Source: Escherichia coli
GTDB taxonomy: Bacteria > Pseudomonadota > Gammaproteobacteria > Enterobacterales > Enterobacteriaceae
Direction: 5' to 3' (one strand)
NCBI RefSeq assembly: GCF_003334335.1
Contig: NZ_QOWQ01000049.1
Length of the DNA: 30,887 bases
Part shown: piece by piece, positions 22,571-30,887 of the stretch
Numbering within the stretch: the first letter of the stretch is position 1
How the letters are laid out: each line of letters starts with the position of its first letter
Program-made: the position numbers and the translations under genes
Notes under the pieces: generated by a model
Databases searched by the model: none
The model's input: only the letters and a program-made list of their open reading frames with translations
What the model was told of the DNA's origin: nothing

Positions 22571-22646
22571 GGATTTGCTCCCGTCGGAGTTAGCACAATC
22601 CGCTGCCGGGTTTTAACCCGACAGCAGTGACCTGTTTGAGCGAGAA

Positions 22647-25600
22647 TTACTCGTCTTCCAGTTCGATGTTGATACCCAGCGAACGAATCTCTTTCAACAA
22701 TACGTTGAAGGATTCTGGCATGCCCGGCTCCATCTGATGGTTGCCGTCCACGATGTTTTTATACATCTTGGTACGACCGTTCACGTCATCAGACTTAACG
22801 GTGAGCATTTCCTGCAGGGTGTATGCTGCGCCGTATGCTTCCAGCGCCCACACTTCCATCTCCCCGAAACGCTGACCACCGAACTGTGCCTTACCACCCA
22901 GCGGCTGCTGAGTAACCAGGCTGTAAGAACCGGTGGAACGCGCGTGCATCTTGTCGTCGACCAGGTGGTTCAGTTTCAGCATGTACATGTAACCAACGGT
23001 TACCGGACGCTCGAACTGTTCACCAGTGCGACCATCGTACAGGCGGATCTGACCGGAAGTCGGCAGGTCGCCAAGTTTCAGCAGCTCTTTAATTTCTGCT
23101 TCTTTCGCACCGTCGAACACCGGCGTTGCGATTGGCATACCTTTGCGCAGGTTTTCAGCCAGACGCATAACTTCTTCATCGCTGAAGGTACTCAGGTCAA
23201 CTTTCTGACGAACGTCAGCGCCCAGATCGTACGCACGCTGGATGAATTCGCGCAGTTTCGCGACTTCTTGCTGCTGTTTCAGCATGGCGTTGATCTTGTC
23301 GCCGATACCTTTCGCAGCCATACCCAGGTGGGTTTCGAGGATCTGACCGATGTTCATACGAGACGGTACGCCCAGCGGGTTCAGTACGATGTCTACCGGC
23401 GTACCGTTTTCATCGTAAGGCATATCTTCGATCGGGTTGATCTTAGAAATTACACCCTTGTTACCGTGACGACCTGCCATCTTGTCACCAGGCTGGATAC
23501 GGCGTTTAACCGCCAGATATACCTTAACAATCTTCAGCACGCCCGGTGCCAGATCGTCGCCCTGGGTGATTTTGCGGCGTTTCGCTTCGAGTTTCTTCTC
23601 GAACTCGTGTTTCAGTTCGTCATACTGCTCAGCCAGCTGTTCCAGCTGATTTTGTTTCTCTTCGTCTGTCAGGCCCAGCTCCAGCCAGCGATCGCGCGGC
23701 AGTTTGTCGAGCTTCTCAGCTTCAACGCCACCGGCTACCAGCACAGCACGGATACGGCTGAACAGACCCGCTTCGAGGATCTGCAGTTCTTCAGACAGGT
23801 CTTTCTTCGCCTGTTTGAGCTGCATTTCTTCGATTTCCAGCGCACGTTTGTCTTTTTCTACGCCATCGCGAGTAAAGACCTGAACGTCGATAACCGTACC
23901 GGATACACCGTTTGGTACGCGCAGAGAAGAGTCTTTAACGTCAGAGGCTTTCTCACCGAAGATCGCACGCAGCAGTTTTTCTTCTGGGGTCAGCTGAGTT
24001 TCACCTTTCGGCGTTACCTTACCAACCAGAATGTCGCCACCGGTCACTTCCGCACCAATGTAAACGATACCGGATTCATCCAGTTTGGAGAGCGCAGCTT
24101 CACCCACGTTCGGGATGTCAGCGGTGATCTCTTCCGGACCCAGCTTGGTGTCACGGGACACACACGCCAGTTCCTGAATGTGGATGGTGGTGAAACGGTC
24201 TTCCTGAACAACACGCTCGGATACGAGGATGGAGTCTTCGAAGTTGTAACCATTCCACGGCATGAACGCTACGCGCATGTTCTGACCAAGCGCCAGTTCA
24301 CCGAGGTCGGTGGACGGACCGTCTGCCAGCACGTCGCCACGTTCAACCGGTTCACCCAGAGACACACACGGCATCTGGTTGATACAGGTGTTCTGGTTAG
24401 AACGGGTGTATTTGGTCAGGTTGTAGATGTCGATACCTGCTTCACCCGGATACATCTCGTCTTCGTTAACTTTGATAACGATACGGGAAGCATCCACGTA
24501 CTGAACGACACCACCACGTTTAGCTACCGCAGTTACACCGGAGTCAACGGCAACAGCACGTTCCATACCAGTACCAACCAGCGGCTTATCAGCGCGCAGA
24601 GTCGGAACGGCCTGACGTTGCATGTTCGCACCCATCAATGCACGGTTGGCGTCATCGTGTTCCAGGAACGGGATCAGGGACGCACCGACGGATACCACCT
24701 GCTGGGTGGATACGTCCATGTAGTCAACCTGGTCGCGGCTGAACAAGCTGGATTCGCCTTTGCTACGGCAAGTTACCAGGTCTTCTACGAAGTGGCCTTC
24801 TTCATCCAAGTTGGAGTTCGCCTGGGCGATAACGTAGTTGCCTTCTTCGATAGCAGACAGGTAGTGAATTTCGTCAGTTACAACACCGTCGGTCACTTTA
24901 CGATACGGAGTCTCAAGGAAGCCGTATTCGTTAGTCTGTGCGTACACGGACAGAGAGTTGATCAGACCGATGTTCGGACCTTCAGGGGTTTCGATTGGAC
25001 ATACGCGACCGTAGTGAGTCGGGTGTACGTCTCGAACTTCGAAGCCTGCACGTTCACGGGTCAGACCGCCTGGGCCGAGTGCGGAGATACGACGTTTGTG
25101 CGTAATCTCAGACAGCGGGTTGTTCTGGTCCATAAACTGAGACAGCTGGCTGGAACCGAAGAACTCTTTCACTGCTGCGGAAATCGGCTTGGCGTTGATC
25201 ATATCCTGTGGCATCAGGGTATCCAGATCGCCCAGAGACAGACGCTCTTTCACCGCACGCTCTACACGTACCAGGCCAACGCGGAACTGGTTTTCCGCCA
25301 TTTCGCCAACGGAACGGATACGACGGTTGCCGAGGTGGTCGATATCATCGACTTCGCCTTTACCGTTACGGATATCGATGAGCTTTTTCATAACATCAAT
25401 GATGTCGTCTTTGCTCAGGATACCGGAACCTTCGATTTCTTCGCGCAGCAGAGAACGGTTGAACTTCATACGACCAACCGCAGACAAGTCATAACGGTCT
25501 TCGGAGAAGAACAGGTTCTCGAACAGGCTTTCAGCTGCTTCACGAGTCGGCGGCTCGCCAGGGCGCATCATGCGGTAGATTTCTACCAGTGCGCTCAGAC

Positions 25601-26675
25601 GGTCGTTAGTTGGGTCGACACGTAAGGTTTCAGAGATATATGGGCCGTGATCCAGATCGTTGGTGAACAGCGTTTCGATACGCTTGTGACCAGACTGGCT
25701 CAGCTTAGCCAGCAGATCCAGGCTCAGCTCCATGTTCGCTGCGCAGATCAGCTCGCCGGTAGACTCATCAATATAGTCTTTAGCAACCACTTTACCTGCG
25801 ATGTACTCAACCGGGACTTCGATCAGTTTGACGTCGTCTTTTTCCAGCTGGCGAATGTGGCGCGCAGTGATACGGCGGCCTTTTTCTACGTACACTTTAC
25901 CGTTAGCTTCGATGTCAAAAGATGCGGTTTCACCACGCAGGCGTTCCGGCACCAGTTCCATCTGCAGCTTGTTATCACGGATTTCAAAGATAACTTTTTC
26001 AAAGAACAGGTCGAGGATCTGCTCTGTGGTGTAGTTCAGGGCGCGCAGAATGATGGTCGCAGGCAGTTTACGGCGACGGTCGATACGTACGAACAGGTTG
26101 TCCTTCGGATCGAATTCGAAGTCCAGCCAGGAACCACGGTAAGGGATGATACGCGCGTTATACAGCACTTTACCCGAAGAGTGGGTTTTACCTTTGTCGG
26201 AGTCAAAGAAGACGCCCGGACTACGGTGCAGCTGGGAAACGATAACACGCTCAGTACCGTTGATAACAAAGGTACCGTTGTCTGTCATGAGCGGAATTTC
26301 GCCCATGTAGACTTCTTGTTCTTTAATGTCTTTTACGGTGCCTTCCGGCGCTTCGCGCTCATAGATCACCAGACGCAGTTTAACGCGCAGCGGTGCGGAA
26401 TAGGTCACGCCACGGATTTGACATTCCTGGACGTCAAACACCGGTTCGCCAAGGCGGTAGCTGACGTATTGCAGCTCGGAATTACCGCTGTAGCTCTGAA
26501 TCGGGAATACGGAACGGAAAGCAGCTTCCAGACCATACTGCCCTTCAGGATCTTGCTCGATAAATTTCTGAAACGAGTCAAGCTGGATAGAAAGGAGATA
26601 AGGTACATCCAGAACTTGTGGACGTTTACCAAAATCCTTACGAATACGTTTTTTCTCGGTATAGGAGTAAACCAT
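22647..26675 (-). CDS. rpoB: DNA-directed RNA polymerase subunit beta
   Basis: 1342 aa from the ATG at 26675 ([20 protein letters not shown]...), preceded by a GGAG motif. The track ORF carries 11 extra upstream codons that are not part of the gene. Confidence 0.98.
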
Positions 26676-26920
26676 AGGGTTCCTCAGCTCGCTGACAAGT
26701 CGACCCATCTGTCCATTGAGCGGACAGTTTGTGCAACACTATTTTGTTGACCGGAAAATGGAACACTTTCCGCAATGCCTGTTGCTATCACGCTTAAACC
26801 ATTTCATTGCGATTTACACAGAACGGACGTCCTGTCGCAGTATATTAAGTCGTCGATAGAAACAAGCATTGAAAGGCACAGCAGTAGTCAAACAGTGTGA
26901 AACGCTACTGGCGCCTTACA

Positions 26921-26954
26921 GCGCAAAAAGGCTGGTGACTAAAAAGTCACCAGC
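26921..26954 (-). terminator. rplL-rpoB intergenic attenuator (partial terminator)
   Basis: Perfect 9-bp inverted repeat GCTGGTGAC-TAAAAA-GTCACCAGC (26931..26954) which on the minus strand is followed by CUUUUUGCGCU; lies 41 to 64 nt downstream of the rplL stop. Confidence 0.75.
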
Positions 26955-26994
26955 CATCAGCCTGATTTCTCAGGCTGCAACCGGAAGGGTTGGC

Positions 26995-27360
<366 letters not shown>

Positions 27361-27426
27361 TTAAATTGTTCCTGAATATCAGAATAAGTTTATACGTAAG
27401 CGAATGCGTTAAAAAGATAACTGCGA

Positions 27427-27924
27427 TTAAGCAGCTTCTTTCGCATCGCGTACAGCAGCCAGAGTACGAACCAGTTTGCCAGCCGAAGCTTCTTTCATGG
27501 TTGCCATCAGGCGTGCAATTGCTTCTTCGTAGGTCGGCAGAGTTGCCAGGCGGTCGATCTGAGACGCCGGGATCAGCTCACCTTCAAAGGCAGCGGCTTT
27601 GACCTCAAATTTTGCATTCGCTTTCGCGAACTCTTTGAACAGACGAGCAGCAGCGCCCGGGTGTTCCATAGAGTATGCAATCAGGGTCGGACCAACAAAC
27701 GCGTCTTTCAGGCACTCGAACGGAGTACCTTCAACAGCACGGCGCAGCAGGGTGTTACGAACAACACGCATGTATACGCCAGCTTCGCGACCTGCTTTAC
27801 GCAGTTCAGTCATTTTATCTACAGTTACGCCACGGGAATCCGCAACTACTGCAGACAGCGCGCCTTTGGCTACTTCGCTGACTTCAGCAACAATCGCTTG
27901 TTTGTCTTGAAGATTTAAAGCCAT
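27427..27924 (-). CDS. rplJ: 50S ribosomal protein L10
   Basis: 165-aa translation [49 protein letters not shown]... is L10. Confidence 0.98.
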
Positions 27925-28336
27925 TAGCTTTGCTCCTGGATGTTTGCCAGAGAAAATCTCTGGAACTCACTTCACTCCTCCAAACGGAGAGAGCGTCTTA
28001 ATTACGGTGAGCAGAAACAAGCCAGAATATAAAAGAATAATCTTAGCGTTCTGTCACCGTCTACGCAGGGGATTAAGTTTCTTGCGAAACTCCTGCGGTC
28101 TTCGACGGAGGCCTGGATAGGCCAGGCTCCAACGAACAAATCTTTTCTATCCGTCGCTATTCTGCTTGTGACGGCGTTGGCTTCCTTCATTCGCACCAGT
28201 CACATAGTTAGCTATGCTCCTGGCGACTCACTCAGTTGCCGCCTTGCCACAACCCGAATATCTCGGATATACGTCTGCATTAAGCATTATACGTGGGGGT
28301 AAGATTGTAGACAAAATCACCGCCCACGTAAAGGCA
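27925..28336 (-). promoter_or_regulatory. Long untranslated rplJ leader / rplA-rplJ intergenic region (expected to hold the rplJL promoter and the L10-(L12)4 autoregulatory site)
   Basis: 412-bp non-coding gap in an otherwise compact operon. The regulatory function is from established knowledge of the E. coli rplJL leader; I cannot place the exact sites from sequence. Confidence 0.6.
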
Positions 28337-29536
<1,200 letters not shown>

Positions 29537-29631
29537 TTACGGGCAAGGCCCATAAAAACAAAAGGCGCGAAATTGTATTCCAATCTCACGCCTTGTGCAA
29601 CGATTAAATCGCCGCTTTTTTGATCGCTGGG

Positions 29632-30177
29632 TTAGGCTTTTTCAACCTGGCTGAAGTCCAGCTCTACCGGGGTCGCACGACCGAAGATAGAAACAGACAC
29701 TTTCAGACGAGATTTCTCGTAATCCACTTCTTCAACAACACCGTTGAAGTCAGCGAACGGACCATCATTAACACGGACCATTTCACCCGGTTCAAACAGC
29801 GTTTTCGGACGCGGCTTATCACCAACCTGCTGCAGGCGGTTCATAATCGCATCGACTTCTTTATCGCTGATTGGCGCAGGACGATCGGAAGTACCGCCGA
29901 TGAAGCCCATCACACGCGGTACGCTGCGCACCAGGTGCCAGCTCGCGTCGTTCATCACCATCTGAACGAGGACGTAGCCAGGGAAGAATTTACGTTCGCT
30001 TTTGCGACGCTGACCGCCACGGATTTCAACCACTTCTTCGGTTGGTACCATGACTTCACCAAACAAATCTTCCATGTTGTGTAATTTGATATGCTCACGC
30101 AGCGACGTTGCTACGCGGCCTTCAAAACCGGAAAACGCCTGAACGACGTACCAGCGCTTTTTAGGAGCTTCAGACAT
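29632..30177 (-). CDS. nusG: Transcription termination/antitermination factor NusG
   Basis: 181-aa translation [59 protein letters not shown]... with NGN and KOW regions. Confidence 0.98.
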
Positions 30178-30178
30178 C

Positions 30179-30562
30179 TCAGAACCTCAGGCCAGTGATA
30201 AAGGATACCAGGCGAACCAGAATACCATCCAGTCCCCACAGGATCAGTGACATTACTGCGGTAACCGCAGCCACAATCAGCGTGGTGTGCAATGTTTCCT
30301 GGCGAGTCGGCCAAATGACCTTACGGACTTCGGTACGCGCTTCACGGGCAAAAGCAACGGTAGCTTTACCTTTTGTCGTTAACAGCGCGACACCACCCGC
30401 TGCAGCAATCAGAATTACTACGGCCAGCGCACGCAGCGGCAGCATAATGTCGCGATAAAGATAGTTGCCGACAATCGCCACCAGGAGCAATGCCACCACA
30501 ACGACCCACTTCATCGCTTCCAGGCCGCGCCCGCTTCCTTGAGCTTCGGTATTCGCACTCAT
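30179..30562 (-). CDS. secE: Protein translocase subunit SecE
   Basis: 127-aa three-TM protein ([36 protein letters not shown]...); 1-nt gap to nusG. Confidence 0.97.
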
Positions 30563-30734
30563 AAACCAACCTGTCAGAAGTTTTCTACAAACATTTTCAC
30601 CCCGCGATCGCGAGGCAAACCAAATCGAAACGCGTATTAGCTTTTCGGATTATACGCCCTCAACAGAGCCTGTCTCAGCAATGATTATGACAAAGAAAAT
30701 CACTGATGAGCCAAGTTCTGGTACGAAAGCGTGC

Positions 30735-30761
30735 AAAAAGGGCATCAAATGATGCCCTTTT
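30735..30761 (-). terminator. tufB intrinsic terminator
   Basis: AAAAA GGGCATC AAAT GATGCCC TTTT: 7-bp perfect stem flanked by A and T runs, about 30 nt downstream of the tufB stop. Confidence 0.85.
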
Positions 30762-30791
30762 AGTGCGCATTGCGTCAAATGTTATCGGCAA

Positions 30792-30887
<96 letters not shown>

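Noticed and set aside
22737-25625. 962-aa stop-free ORF on the plus strand, antisense to rpoB (plus a 367-aa one at 25647..26750)
   Set aside because: It lies entirely inside a confidently identified, highly expressed gene. Strong codon bias in such genes depletes TTA, CTA and TCA codons, whose reverse complements are stops, so long antisense frames stay open. The translation is low-complexity with no recognisable motifs and no start context.
28002-28196. 64-aa minus-strand ORF inside the rplJ leader
   Set aside because: It falls in the long untranslated leader, has no RBS, and its composition is not protein-like.

Overview
This window reads as conserved Enterobacteriaceae (Escherichia coli-like) core chromosome, with every gene product recognisable from its translation; I find no support for a novel system, mobile element, CRISPR array, tRNA or rRNA gene. 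Gene order, left to right: an rrn P1-type promoter firing leftward out of the window (rrnE by position), purH-purD (+), zraR-zraS (-) divergent from zraP (+) across a sigma54 control region, then yjaH-hupA-yjaG-nfi-hemE-nudC (-), rsd (+), a TPP riboswitch and thiCEFSGH (+), htrC/yjaZ (-), rpoC-rpoB (-), rplL-rplJ-rplA-rplK (-), nusG-secE (-) and the 3' end of tufB (-). Several six-frame ORFs are N-terminally over-extended and were trimmed to their real starts (zraP, thiE, thiF, thiS, thiG, rpoB, nfi, probably yjaH). The long antisense ORFs across rpoB, rpoC and purH are codon-bias artefacts. What is left unexplained is small-scale: the structured thiH-htrC spacer (candidate sRNA and an 18-codon ORF), a 36-bp near-perfect palindrome in the purH leader, and a GC-rich hairpin between yjaG and hupA. 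All calls rest on reading the sequence plus recalled family knowledge; no searches were run.
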